From an uncultured Planctomycetales bacterium (lineage in GTDB: Bacteria; Omnitrophota; Gorgyraeia; Gygaellales; JAHJCI01), in assembly GCA_964592485.1 (NCBI GenBank), contig CAZQEY010000010.1:1-50753 (forward strand): a stretch of DNA of 50,753 bases. The letters are read 5' to 3'. The first letter of the stretch is position 1; every line of letters begins with the position of its first letter. Positions 1-9,035 of this stretch are shown piece after piece. Both the position numbers and the translations under genes were made by a program. The notes below the pieces were generated by a model. It searched no databases and was not told the DNA's origin. It was given only the letters and a program-made list of their open reading frames with translations.

Positions 1-194
1 CTCGCCGCCTTCGCGTTCTCACCCGTAGGGTATTCCTTTAGATAGGCCTCCCAGGCTTCGATTGTGTTTTGGTTTCTCGCTGCCTGGTAATCCTCTTGTT
101 CGCCAGCTTGGAGCGACGATGAAAGCGCAAGCAATAGCAGGACCGAGAGGACCGCTGTGAGTGCCTTGCCGATGATGCACCTATCTGAATTCAT
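1..194 (-). CDS. Partial CDS (N-terminus only) of a secreted protein with a signal peptide; runs off the window edge
   Basis: ATG at complement 192-194 preceded by a GGAGGTG SD. N-terminus MNSDRCIIGKALTAVLSVLLLLALSSSLQAGE is a signal peptide. Locally higher GC than the neighbouring island. Confidence 0.45.
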   Translation of the reverse strand, partial: MNSDRCIIGKALTAVLSVLLLLALSSSLQAGEQEDYQAARNQNTIEAWEAYLKEYPTGENAKAA

Positions 195-386
195 GATTGC
201 ACCTCCTGACGTTTTCTTTTGGAAACATAACAATTAATAGACGAACTTCTCTTTTGTGTTACTTCATAAATTTAACCTCTTTTTGACCTCATTTAACCAC
301 TCCTTTGTGGTTTATGAGTAAATGGTACTCTCTTTGGTAGAAAAAGTTAATTTCAAATTCTTTTACATCAGATCGCATGTTGTATA

Positions 387-1643
387 CTATCTTAAACAAT
401 ATGGATCCATTCCATTAATTTTTCCTGTTTTAACCCAAGCAACCACCCAGCATCCACCCCAACATCCTTTACCATAATCTTTGCATGAATTACACTCATC
501 GGATTTACCAGCATATTTTACGTTCTTTAAGACTTCACTGTGAAGCCAAATGTCTAATAAACTATTTCCATGTGTTATAGTTCCAGCCAAGAATGTTTTT
601 TCTTTATCAGCTTCCTGGACAAAACCACAAGGATAAACCTCTCCTGTATGGGTAACATGCACCCCCCATAACGGTGCACCACATGAAACAGGTCTATGGA
701 GATCGTAAATTGGAACTTGTCGCCCTTCTTCAAATATATCAAAATTGAATGTAATTGGTACACCTGTTTTTTGCCTTAATCTTGTTGCATGTATAGTATA
801 CTCCCTAAGTTGTTCCTTTGAAGGAACTTCTTCCCAAAACTCTGATGCTTTCCCAATTGGCCTCAGTGGAATAGGTTGAAAACCAGCGGAATATTCTTGA
901 GCAAGACCTACTAAATGTTCGAGCTCTTTTGTATTGCACGAAGACCTGAATATGGTAGTACTTATCCTCGGGTTTAATCCATACTCAGATAGTTTAGCTA
1001 ATGTATCTACTGTTTCCTTATAAGTTTCCTTACCCCTAACAGATTCATGAAATTCAGGTGTTCCCTCTATGCTAATCTTTGTTTGTATAATATTATCATA
1101 ATTTGCTAACTCTTTTAGGAATTGTTCTTTTCTATCGATACAATGCCATACACCATTGGTGGAAAGTATAACTGCTAAACCAAGCTTCTTAGTTTTCTCA
1201 ATTACACCTAAAAGATCATAGCCCCTTATTCCTATCTCGCCACCAGTTAATTGTATTTGAAATGACCCAGCGTCAGCAATTTCTTGAAGTAAAAAATCTT
1301 CTGTTTCTTCTGGAGCAGGTTTAAATTCATCATGGAAATCTCGTGGGCCACAAAATTTACATGCTAAATTACATCTTGGTTCAATACCATAATAAATTCT
1401 TAAAGGTCTATTAAGGCAATTGGCTTCTTCATCAATTATATCAACTTTGGCACCTAAGGCGTTTCCCTTAAAAAATATATTTAATTCATTATACTTTCGA
1501 GATAGGCTTCTTAAGCCAGTTTTATAGTTGGCCTTAACAAAATCAATCTCTTCCCTAGATAGTAAGATTCTTCTCATTCTTCCTTTTTGATCTTGAGTTA
1601 TTAAACCATCAGGGTCTAGTCTGATTCTTTTTAAATTAGTCAT
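387..1643 (-). CDS. Radical SAM enzyme with a C-terminal SPASM domain and a ~85 aa N-terminal extension (possible RRE-like peptide-recognition domain)
   Basis: CNLACKFCG (CxxxCxxC) and a GGE motif. C-terminal Cys cluster C..C...GN..W...CNSCKDYGKGCWGGC is typical of SPASM. A 9 bp gap to the upstream rSAM implies an operon. Confidence 0.85.
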   Translation of the reverse strand: MTNLKRIRLDPDGLITQDQKGRMRRILLSREEIDFVKANYKTGLRSLSRKYNELNIFFKGNALGAKVDIIDEEANCLNRPLRIYYGIEPRCNLACKFCGPRDFHDEFKPAPEETEDFLLQEIADAGSFQIQLTGGEIGIRGYDLLGVIEKTKKLGLAVILSTNGVWHCIDRKEQFLKELANYDNIIQTKISIEGTPEFHESVRGKETYKETVDTLAKLSEYGLNPRISTTIFRSSCNTKELEHLVGLAQEYSAGFQPIPLRPIGKASEFWEEVPSKEQLREYTIHATRLRQKTGVPITFNFDIFEEGRQVPIYDLHRPVSCGAPLWGVHVTHTGEVYPCGFVQEADKEKTFLAGTITHGNSLLDIWLHSEVLKNVKYAGKSDECNSCKDYGKGCWGGCWVVAWVKTGKINGMDPYCLR

Positions 1644-1652
1644 TTCTTAACC

Positions 1653-2723
1653 CTATATAAATTGAAATCTATACCAATCGCTTTTGATAAAATCTATCAC
1701 TGGATTGTATCTTAACATTGGGCAATTTGGAACGCATGTTGCAGGATCAACAGCATCAAAAACCTCCTTATGACGTGGGGAATCCCAATGTCTAAAAAAG
1801 CCACCCTCATGTATATTTCCTAAAGAATGCTGTTTTTTTCTGTGTTCAAAAAAGGCGCAAACATATATTTCTCCATCCCAATCAACCACAGGATGCAAGA
1901 AAGTCATAAGACACTTCTGATATGTCCGCTTCCCTTTATATGTAGGAACAAGTTCAGCAACTAAAGGTTGATCTTTAACAGAATCGATTTGTTCCTGTAT
2001 CTTTTCTGTCAATTGATTGATTTCCTGATTTGGTAATATCAAGTTCATAGGATACCCTAAAAATTTAAATTGAAGGTAATCTGCCCTTAATTCAAGAGCT
2101 TCATTAATTGCTAATAGAGAATCTTCAGCATTTAACTTGGATATCAATGTCTTAAGACCAATTTTAGGTGTCTCATCAGCCATATCTACAAATTCGGAAA
2201 TGGATTGCTTTAAATTCTTATAACTAATCTCTTTTCTTCCATGGACTCTTTTATAAGTTTCATTAGTAAAAGCATCAACTGAGAATCTAATCCAATTACA
2301 ACATTGTATAGCTTTCTCTTTTAGCGTACTTGAATCAGTAAATCTGTAGCCATTTGTGATTAGACCGACACGAAATCCTCTTTGAATGAAATAATCAAAA
2401 ATTTGTTCAATTTGAGGATGCATTAATGGTTCTCCTCCGCCCGACAATTCAATAGCATGAATATTTCTCTGATAAAGTTCATCCAAAAGGTTCTCCAAAG
2501 CAGCTATATCCATATATGTTGAATTATCCCCACGATACTCTCTGGACCTGCAGTGGGGACATTCAAAATTACAAAAATTAGTGGGGAATATCTCAACAAC
2601 TTCAGGATCAGGAATTTCGTTCCTTAAGACCTGTAATACCTTCGGCCATGCTGAAATTAGTTGAATTACTGAACTATCATATTTACGATAAATTCCCTTT
2701 TCATCTTTCTTTTCATTCTTCAT
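1653..2723 (-). CDS. Radical SAM enzyme with a SPASM/twitch-like C-terminal Cys region
   Basis: FPTNFCNFECPHC (CxxxCxxC) and ELSGGGEPLMHP. C-terminal C...YVC...LGNIHEGGFFRHW...CVPNC. Confidence 0.8.
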   Translation of the reverse strand: MKNEKKDEKGIYRKYDSSVIQLISAWPKVLQVLRNEIPDPEVVEIFPTNFCNFECPHCRSREYRGDNSTYMDIAALENLLDELYQRNIHAIELSGGGEPLMHPQIEQIFDYFIQRGFRVGLITNGYRFTDSSTLKEKAIQCCNWIRFSVDAFTNETYKRVHGRKEISYKNLKQSISEFVDMADETPKIGLKTLISKLNAEDSLLAINEALELRADYLQFKFLGYPMNLILPNQEINQLTEKIQEQIDSVKDQPLVAELVPTYKGKRTYQKCLMTFLHPVVDWDGEIYVCAFFEHRKKQHSLGNIHEGGFFRHWDSPRHKEVFDAVDPATCVPNCPMLRYNPVIDFIKSDWYRFQFI

Positions 2724-2850
2724 AGTATCATCTATTGAGTTAAGATTTATAACAAAAAATGGCGTCAGCTTTTATTTCTTATTATGCTTATTTTCTCAAA
2801 ACCAGCCACTGATGGCTGATATCCCTTAATTTTAGGGTACGGTATTGCGT

Positions 2851-2905
2851 ATAACTTAAAATAACTGAATTGCTTCGTAATCCTCCTTCTAAAACAAAAA
2901 AGCAG
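2851..2905. repeat. Copy A of an intergenic repeat (ATAACTTAAAATA...TCCTCCTTCTAAAACAAAAAAGCAG), upstream of rSAM gene 2
   Basis: Near-identical to 3553-3646 but lacks the inner 10 bp inverted repeat and loop. On the minus strand it reads CTGCTTTTTTGTTTTAGAAGGAGGA. Confidence 0.7.
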
Positions 2906-3047
2906 AACCCTCTTTCATTATTATTGAGGAAATTAGCTAACGGGTTTAGGGATTTAAATAGAGATGGTGCTTAACGATGTACATGTTTATGAAGCCCGAA
3001 GGCACGAAGTCAGATACGCTCTGTTATGTGAAGTTGTCCATTCTCTC

Positions 3048-3506
3048 TTAGGTTGAACGACCAACCGAACAAAACGCCTTAACTCTCTTACTGTGAAAAT
3101 AAAAGAAGAATAATACAATTATCAGTGTTTGTACTGCTGTGTGAAACAACATTTCCGGGTTAATCGCCAAGGCTTGTATAGCCGAGGACAATATATTGAT
3201 TACCCATACGACGTGGATGGCTACCCATGCCCAGTACCGTCCATAACGTAGTCCAATGAGAATTGCGATTCCTGCCGTGTTGATCAAAAATGCCAAAATC
3301 GCGGCGGGATTTTGCCCGATTTGACCCAATGACGCTATAGCTAACAGAACCAATATAATGGGACCCAGCAATGTCACTACAGCAAGAAGCGTTGGGCGCA
3401 AACTCGCATTACACTTCGTACAGCGGAAAACACCGGGCTTGTTTGCCTCACCACACTTTGGGCACTTTACAATTATACTGTGCAAATCCACCTTCTCTTG
3501 TACCAT
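3048..3506 (-). CDS. Membrane protein with an N-terminal zinc-ribbon (CPKCG...CTKC) and ~4 TM helices
   Basis: Strong SD AAGGAGGTACAAAA before the ATG. CxxC...CxxC followed by hydrophobic segments. Confidence 0.6.
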   Translation of the reverse strand: MVQEKVDLHSIIVKCPKCGEANKPGVFRCTKCNASLRPTLLAVVTLLGPIILVLLAIASLGQIGQNPAAILAFLINTAGIAILIGLRYGRYWAWVAIHVVWVINILSSAIQALAINPEMLFHTAVQTLIIVLFFFYFHSKRVKAFCSVGRST

Positions 3507-3552
3507 TTTTGTACCTCCTTTCCTCGCTCCTCCAAGAAAAGAGCAATTTCAT

Positions 3553-3646
3553 ATAACTTAAAATATCCGAATTACTTCGTTTATGCCTCTACATTAGCAC
3601 ATTTTCCGAAGTAATTAATAATTCTCCTTCTAAAACAAAAAAGCAG
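3553..3646. repeat. Copy B of the intergenic repeat; contains a 10 bp perfect inverted repeat (AATTACTTCG/CGAAGTAATT, ~27 nt loop)
   Basis: The same 5' (ATAACTTAAAATA) and 3' (TCTCCTTCTAAAACAAAAAAGCAG) blocks as copy A. Lies between the stop of the 122-aa gene and the Zn-ribbon gene. Confidence 0.7.
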
Positions 3647-3654
3647 CCCCCGAC

Positions 3655-4023
3655 TTAGAGCGTTGCTTCTTTCACATTGCTATTTTTGTCTTTCAATAGC
3701 GTTAAAACTCTTAATGTAGTAATTAATACTGTAGTAAATATCAACATAGAACTCCAGAATAAATTTTTTAAATACATAAAGAATAAACCCCAGGAAGAAA
3801 AATAATGTAATAACATTTGGAAACCATTTAATTTTGTTGAGTGTGCTTGCATATATCTTATTGCTTCCCCATAAGGCATAGTTTCTATTTTAGCCCAATC
3901 TTCAGGAGTCATACCTTCTATGCTCGACCCATGGCCGAAAATAATGATAGATAAGATTGAATAAAAGAATGTTATAACTATGCTTATTAGTAGAATATTT
4001 AATAAAACCTTTCTTGGTATCAT
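3655..4023 (-). CDS. Small integral membrane protein (3-4 TM)
   Basis: SD AAAAAGGAGTGAGA before the ATG; hydrophobic composition. Confidence 0.5.
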   Translation of the reverse strand: MIPRKVLLNILLISIVITFFYSILSIIIFGHGSSIEGMTPEDWAKIETMPYGEAIRYMQAHSTKLNGFQMLLHYFSSWGLFFMYLKNLFWSSMLIFTTVLITTLRVLTLLKDKNSNVKEATL

Positions 4024-4076
4024 CTCTCACTCCTTTTTCTTAATTATATCACCGTAATCTCAAAATGGTAAGGAAT

Positions 4077-4175
4077 TTAAGGAAGAGAAGCCACCAACTC
4101 AAACTCAATGCCCTCAGGCGTATTGTGTACACATTGTAAGAGTATTATAGACGAAGGAGGCGATTTAATAGGCAT
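4077..4175 (-). CDS. Candidate 32-aa small ORF (MPIKSPPSSIILLQCVHNTPEGIEFELVASLP); possible small peptide or precursor, speculative
   Basis: AAAGGAGGG SD 7 nt upstream of the ATG. Same orientation as the island operon. The SD can pair with codons 5-7 (CCTCCTT) in a hairpin. Not in the ORF track (<60 aa). Confidence 0.25.
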   Translation of the reverse strand: MPIKSPPSSIILLQCVHNTPEGIEFELVASLP

Positions 4176-4287
4176 AAAAAATCCCTCCTTTCTACTTATG
4201 ATAGACGAGAAAGAAGGGTAAATCTAACTTAAGAAGTTATAGTTTATTTAGTAACAACTGGTTATAATACCACAGGGTGGCACCTTG

Positions 4288-4299
4288 AGGGACGTCCCT
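4288..4299. promoter_or_regulatory. Perfect 12 bp palindrome AGGGACGTCCCT in the leader region between the island genes
   Basis: Seen directly in the sequence. Sits ~110 nt upstream of the small ORF and downstream of the SPFH gene stop. Confidence 0.3.
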
Positions 4300-4340
4300 A
4301 GATTTAGGATTTAGATATAATTATTGTACTGGTCAGGTCG

Positions 4341-5369
4341 CTATCTCTTTATTCTTTCTATCTTAATTATTTCAAGACTAAGAAGATCGATACCAACCGT
4401 AGATAAATGTTGTTTAACTCGGCGTATTATTTCTTTCTTAAACTCATCAGATCGAGAATTTATCATTTCTTCATAAAGATAATTTTTTGCAACTGTCCTC
4501 TTTATAGCATCGGAAATCTGAAAATTCATCTCTGGTTCATAATTCCCATCAAGATCTTTAAATTTTTTATACATTTCCTGCAATCTGTCAACAATTAGTT
4601 GAAATTGAACTCTAACATAAATATTTACAGATTTTCCTTCTTTATCTATGCATCTTATAGGATCAGGGTCGCCCTGTAAAGGATTCATATTATAAGTAAG
4701 TATCTTTCCATTAGAAAATTTAACGTTATAAGGATAAGGTTTAACTTTTGCAGTTTCTTGGTTAACTTTTTGCCAAGCAGATATAACCTCTGGAATTCCT
4801 CCAATAAGATAGCATAAAATAGCCACTATGAATATGGTCATAATGACAATAATACCTGATTTAATCTTAGAAAATTCTGACAACACCCTAATTGCTAAAA
4901 TTAAAATTAATAACTGCCATATAATAAAAGTAATCATTGTATAAAAATAAACAGACTTATTTAATAAATGAGAAATGCCCAATATAAAAATAACAACATA
5001 AGCAAGTATACTAATAAGATAAGTAGAAAAATAGGCAACAAAAATACTTCGTAATGTACACCTATTTGAACTCCTTCTTAGAAAAAACCAAAATAAAAGA
5101 GGAATAAATAATAAGTTACCTACTCCCTGAATAATTATATCGGAATTAGTTTGCGTAAAAACATAAGGTATAAAAACTCTATATTTATGATTTATTAACA
5201 ACGTGAGTATGTAGCTTGCAAAAACACAAAAAACTCCAAATATGAATGGTATCTTATTATTTTTTACCGATTCAAAAAAATGCTTCGGCCTGAAGAATAA
5301 ATTTAATATATTTTCCACTGGCATCAACTCCTTAATAATTCGTGGAGAAGCCTTAATGAGATTAATCAT
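4341..5369 (-). CDS. Polytopic membrane protein (~6 TM) with a C-terminal SPFH/band-7-like domain
   Basis: C-terminal ...AIKRTVAKNYLYEEMINSRSDEFKKEIIRRVKQHLSTVGIDLLSLEIIKIE matches the SPFH consensus pattern. N-terminal two thirds are hydrophobic. Confidence 0.55.
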   Translation of the reverse strand: MINLIKASPRIIKELMPVENILNLFFRPKHFFESVKNNKIPFIFGVFCVFASYILTLLINHKYRVFIPYVFTQTNSDIIIQGVGNLLFIPLLFWFFLRRSSNRCTLRSIFVAYFSTYLISILAYVVIFILGISHLLNKSVYFYTMITFIIWQLLILILAIRVLSEFSKIKSGIIVIMTIFIVAILCYLIGGIPEVISAWQKVNQETAKVKPYPYNVKFSNGKILTYNMNPLQGDPDPIRCIDKEGKSVNIYVRVQFQLIVDRLQEMYKKFKDLDGNYEPEMNFQISDAIKRTVAKNYLYEEMINSRSDEFKKEIIRRVKQHLSTVGIDLLSLEIIKIERIKR

Positions 5370-5501
5370 CGCTTAACCAGACGTTTTAGTTAATTATAAC
5401 TCAATCAATAGGTGGCGCAACAAATATTCTACTTGGGCTTCTTGGACAATATTGACTCTTACAGGATTTCTTTTGGAAGGGATTTAATTAGAAAGGGTTA
5501 G

Positions 5502-6722
5502 CTAAAGCGTCTGGGAGTCCTGTTTGTTATGTTGGTTCTTCTGTATAAAATGGGGTAGAGTAAAGTAGAATTTACTGCCTACTCCTAATTCAGACTCGGC
5601 CCAAATTTCACCACCATGTTTTTCTATCAACCCCTTTGCAATAAAAAGCCCCAGACCCACTCCTTTTCTCACTCTGCCTGGTATTTTAGAAACATGGACA
5701 AACCTGTTAAACAATTTAGGTAAATCTTGTTTGGCTATTCCGATGCCTGTATCCATTACTCCTATTCTAATCTTGGTTTCCAAAACTTTGAGTTCTATCT
5801 TAATTCTCCCGTTCTCTTCAGTAAATTTTATAGCGTTGTTAATAAGAATTGAAAGAACTTGTTTTATTCTGGCGGCATCTATAGAAATATTGATTTGCTC
5901 TTTAGGCGGCCGATAGTCTAAAGCAAGACTTTTATCATGTGCCATTTTTTTAAAAAAGTCTGATGAATTTTGTACTAAATCATTAAGATTAACCCGAGAA
6001 TAATGCAATTTAAGCCTGTCACTTTCAATCCGGGATGTATCAAGCAGCTCCTCGACCACATCCTTCAGGCGCTCTATGTTATCCTCCGCTTTTATAAGGA
6101 GCTTTTTTTGTTTGTCATTAATCGCCCCGGGGATTTCATCAGAAATGAGCATAACTGCCTCTTTAATGATTGCCAGAGGAGTTCTCAGCTCATGCGAAAC
6201 AACCGAGATAAATTCGGTCTTCATCCTATTTACCTCTTCCAGCCCTTCTAACTTTTTCGCAATGCGTTCCTTTTCTTCTCTCAAACGCTCGAGTTGCATA
6301 CGGTGGGTGATATCTCTGGTGATACCCATTAAGCCTATAATCTTTCCTTCTTTATCATATCTAGGTATTTTAGTAGTAGTTACATAATTATCCACCCCAT
6401 CTGGCCGTGTAGCTCTTTCAATTTTGTCAATTATAGGTTTACCAGTCTTTAGCACATACATATCATCCTTAGCCATTATTTCAGCCCGTTTTTTTGGGAA
6501 AATATCAAAATCTGTTTTCCCCACAACCTCTTCGGGCTTAAGGCCTAAACCCCTTGCGTGGGCCTGATTTACCATAATGAGTCTTCCCTTTTTATCCTTG
6601 AAATAAATAACATCGGTAATATAGTTCATAAAATCGGATAAAAGCTTGTATTTATATGCCAAATCTTTGTAGTTAATTAACCTTTTTGCTTTCCTCTGGT
6701 TAATTTTTGTTTTCTTTTTCAT
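5502..6722 (-). CDS. Cytoplasmic PAS-domain sensor histidine kinase (HisKA + HATPase_c); no cognate response regulator in the window
   Basis: H-box SHELRTPL, N-box LINNAIKFT, G-boxes DTGIGI and GLGLFIAK. GAGGA SD. Confidence 0.85.
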   Translation of the reverse strand: MKKKTKINQRKAKRLINYKDLAYKYKLLSDFMNYITDVIYFKDKKGRLIMVNQAHARGLGLKPEEVVGKTDFDIFPKKRAEIMAKDDMYVLKTGKPIIDKIERATRPDGVDNYVTTTKIPRYDKEGKIIGLMGITRDITHRMQLERLREEKERIAKKLEGLEEVNRMKTEFISVVSHELRTPLAIIKEAVMLISDEIPGAINDKQKKLLIKAEDNIERLKDVVEELLDTSRIESDRLKLHYSRVNLNDLVQNSSDFFKKMAHDKSLALDYRPPKEQINISIDAARIKQVLSILINNAIKFTEENGRIKIELKVLETKIRIGVMDTGIGIAKQDLPKLFNRFVHVSKIPGRVRKGVGLGLFIAKGLIEKHGGEIWAESELGVGSKFYFTLPHFIQKNQHNKQDSQTL

Positions 6723-6764
6723 TTTTTCCTCTGTTTAGCCTGGGGCTACTATATTATTTAATCA

Positions 6765-7181
6765 TCATCTTTTTATAGCTAAGACCCATGAGCAACCTGT
6801 TTTAAAATAACCAAAGGGCAACAAGTCAATATAATCTACATAAATGCATGCCTCCAGCGCATTAACAATTTCTGCAGGCCCGGGCTTCTGATAAACTCGC
6901 GAACGCGGCTTGCCTATATGAAACGCAATAAATTTAGATACTGAGCCGGACCGAACAATCATCCATCCTATCCAATATTTTTGCCCATCAATCTGGACTT
7001 CTTTATATTCGTATCCCTTGCCCATTTTTTGCAATAAAGTACTGAAACCAGCATAGCCAAGCTCTTCAACCTCTTTTTCTAAAAGCGCATTTGCTGTTTC
7101 TGATTTGGTAAAATATTGGTAACCAATCCAAATTCCCCATACTAACAGAATTACCAAAATAATCCTATTTATAATTTTCAT
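6765..7181 (-). CDS. Hypothetical membrane-anchored protein (N-terminal TM)
   Basis: GGAGGAGACAT-ATG SD; N-terminal hydrophobic helix. Confidence 0.5.
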   Translation of the reverse strand: MKIINRIILVILLVWGIWIGYQYFTKSETANALLEKEVEELGYAGFSTLLQKMGKGYEYKEVQIDGQKYWIGWMIVRSGSVSKFIAFHIGKPRSRVYQKPGPAEIVNALEACIYVDYIDLLPFGYFKTGCSWVLAIKR

Positions 7182-7415
7182 ATGTCTCCTCCATGCTGAT
7201 ACTTATAATAATATCTTATCGTTAAAACCCCAGATAACTATAAATAAGCGCTATTGAATCTATGCCGCAAGATGTATACATTATTCGTTAGGAAAATTCT
7301 ACCGCTTCCAAACGATTTTTCAAGAAAAATAATGTAGGCTGAATAGTGCGGGACAATCTTCAATAGCCTTAAAAAATATAGACAGGAGGAACTAATTAAT
7401 ATAATATATTTAACT

Positions 7416-9035
7416 ATGGAAGATAAGGAAATGGAATTGATTAAATTAGCTGAAGATTATTTTGGATTTATGGCTTGCACCTATCCAGTGATGAGCCTGT
7501 CTGACGAATTCTATTTCTTCCCTCGCGCCAAGAAGGCAATTCAATATCTGGAGCGCCTAGACAGTCTGGATGAGGAAAAGATAAAACAGGATATCTCCTA
7601 CATTAAAACCCTTAAGCGAAGTTTAGAAAGATTGAATACAAAACATATGAGTCTAGAAGCGCAGATTGACCAACAGCTTCTTAAGGCGAGTATGGCCGGA
7701 TTCTTGCGAGAGTTTGAACAAATAAAAATCTGGCAAAGCGACCCTATTCTTTATCTTAAAATAACTGCCTTGGGGATAGAACAGATTGTGAACAAATTAT
7801 CGATGATAAAAACAGATATCCGGGAAGAACTCGCTTCCCGAATCAAGCAGATTCCCTCCCTTTTAAAAGAGGCAAGACAAAACTTAAAGAAAATCCCTCT
7901 TCTTTATCAAGAGACAGCAATTCAGATGGCTAAAGCAGGAACGGAGTATCTTGGAGGCTACTTCCCTTTATTTTTAAAAGCGAAATCCCTGGATACAAAA
8001 GGACTTAGAGTTTTGGCCAAAAGGGCTATTCAATCATTAGAAGATTTTAAAAAATTCTTAAAGCTAAAGCACGGCCATGATAAATTTATCAAGGATAGGA
8101 GTATCCTTGAAGATATAATCATCAACAGCTTCTCTTATAAGCGCGGGCTCTCGGAAATATTTGAAATCGCCTCGGATGAATACCAAAGAATAATAATCAA
8201 ATTAAAAAAGGTAGCCAAGCCTATCTCTCCTTCTAAAAGTTGGCAGGATATCCTATTGGGTTATAAATTAAAAGCACAAAATACACGGGAATTGCTAAAA
8301 ATCTATTCTGCGCAGATTATTAATCTAAAAGATTTTCTTGTAAAGAGTCAGCTCATCAGTATTCCAAGGATGCAGAATATCAAGGTCCTGCAGACCCCTG
8401 TTTATTTAGCGCCGATTAGGGCCTCAGCCTCCTACGCCTGCCCCTTGACCAGAAATCAGAAAGAATCAGCATTTTTTTATGTGAGCATTGATAGGGCTGG
8501 GGAGAATATCCATCAGGAATATATCTTTGTTACTGCCCATGAGACCTATCCCGGGCATCATTTACTTGATTCATTCAGGCGCAATATTAAAAGTCCCATC
8601 CGCCAACAGATTGAATCACCGCTCTTTTATGAAGGCTGGGCCTCCTATGCGGAAAGGTTAGTTGATGAATTTGGGTATCTAAATGAACCGGAGCAAAAGC
8701 TGGTTGGCTTAAGGAGACAGGCCTGGAGAGCAATAAGGGCAAAACTGGACGTGGGTATAAGGATAAATAAAATAAAAATCTCTGAGGCAGCAAGAGAATT
8801 ACGCCGACTGGGTTATGACTCATCCAGAGTCAAGGCAATGCTTAAACATTATGTGCTTACCTATGGGTATCAGTTATGTTATACTATTGGCAAATTTGAG
8901 ATTGAAAGATTAAAGAAAGAATTTGCTCCCCAAATGGGGATAAAAAATTTCCATAACTTCCTGCTTACCGGGGGGCAACTTCCCTTTGATTTAATTAAAA
9001 AGAGGATGGAGAAATTATGCCGGAAGAATTCTTAG
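7416..9035 (+). CDS. Putative zinc metallopeptidase, DUF885-like (HExxxxHH motif). The true start may be the ATG at 7431, which is SD-preceded.
   Basis: The HETYPGHH motif matches my recollection of the DUF885 HE[ST]xPGHH signature. No search was done. Confidence 0.5.
   Translation: MEDKEMELIKLAEDYFGFMACTYPVMSLSDEFYFFPRAKKAIQYLERLDSLDEEKIKQDISYIKTLKRSLERLNTKHMSLEAQIDQQLLKASMAGFLREFEQIKIWQSDPILYLKITALGIEQIVNKLSMIKTDIREELASRIKQIPSLLKEARQNLKKIPLLYQETAIQMAKAGTEYLGGYFPLFLKAKSLDTKGLRVLAKRAIQSLEDFKKFLKLKHGHDKFIKDRSILEDIIINSFSYKRGLSEIFEIASDEYQRIIIKLKKVAKPISPSKSWQDILLGYKLKAQNTRELLKIYSAQIINLKDFLVKSQLISIPRMQNIKVLQTPVYLAPIRASASYACPLTRNQKESAFFYVSIDRAGENIHQEYIFVTAHETYPGHHLLDSFRRNIKSPIRQQIESPLFYEGWASYAERLVDEFGYLNEPEQKLVGLRRQAWRAIRAKLDVGIRINKIKISEAARELRRLGYDSSRVKAMLKHYVLTYGYQLCYTIGKFEIERLKKEFAPQMGIKNFHNFLLTGGQLPFDLIKKRMEKLCRKNS

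Noticed and set aside
288-378. 29-codon minus-strand ORF immediately after the SPASM rSAM stop, as a possible precursor peptide
   Set aside because: No SD-like sequence and no Cys. It starts 8 nt after the stop. Judged a chance ORF in AT-rich DNA.
575-763. ORF-track ORFs lying inside longer genes on the same or the opposite strand. Examples: 575-763, 3358-3561, 4407-4598, 5731-6387, 8587-8823, 9082-10173, 12219-12779, 13782-13979, 14694-14912, 16377-17634, 19992-20622, 22387-22804, 24416-25968, 29962-30171, 31405-31814, 35508-35747, 35933-36124, 37909-38103, 40039-41700, 42476-42697, 43491-43772, 45006-45248, 46770-47048, 47724-48770, 49263-49514 and 50118-50414.
   Set aside because: Each is nested within a well-supported gene. 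None has an SD or a motif. They show typical antisense composition bias. 35933-36124 in fact overlaps the two tRNA genes.
2964-3053. 29-codon plus-strand ORF (MVLNDVHVYEARRHEVRYALLCEVVHSLL) in the rSAM upstream intergenic region
   Set aside because: Opposite strand to the whole island, a weak RBS, and overlaps the downstream gene's 3' end.
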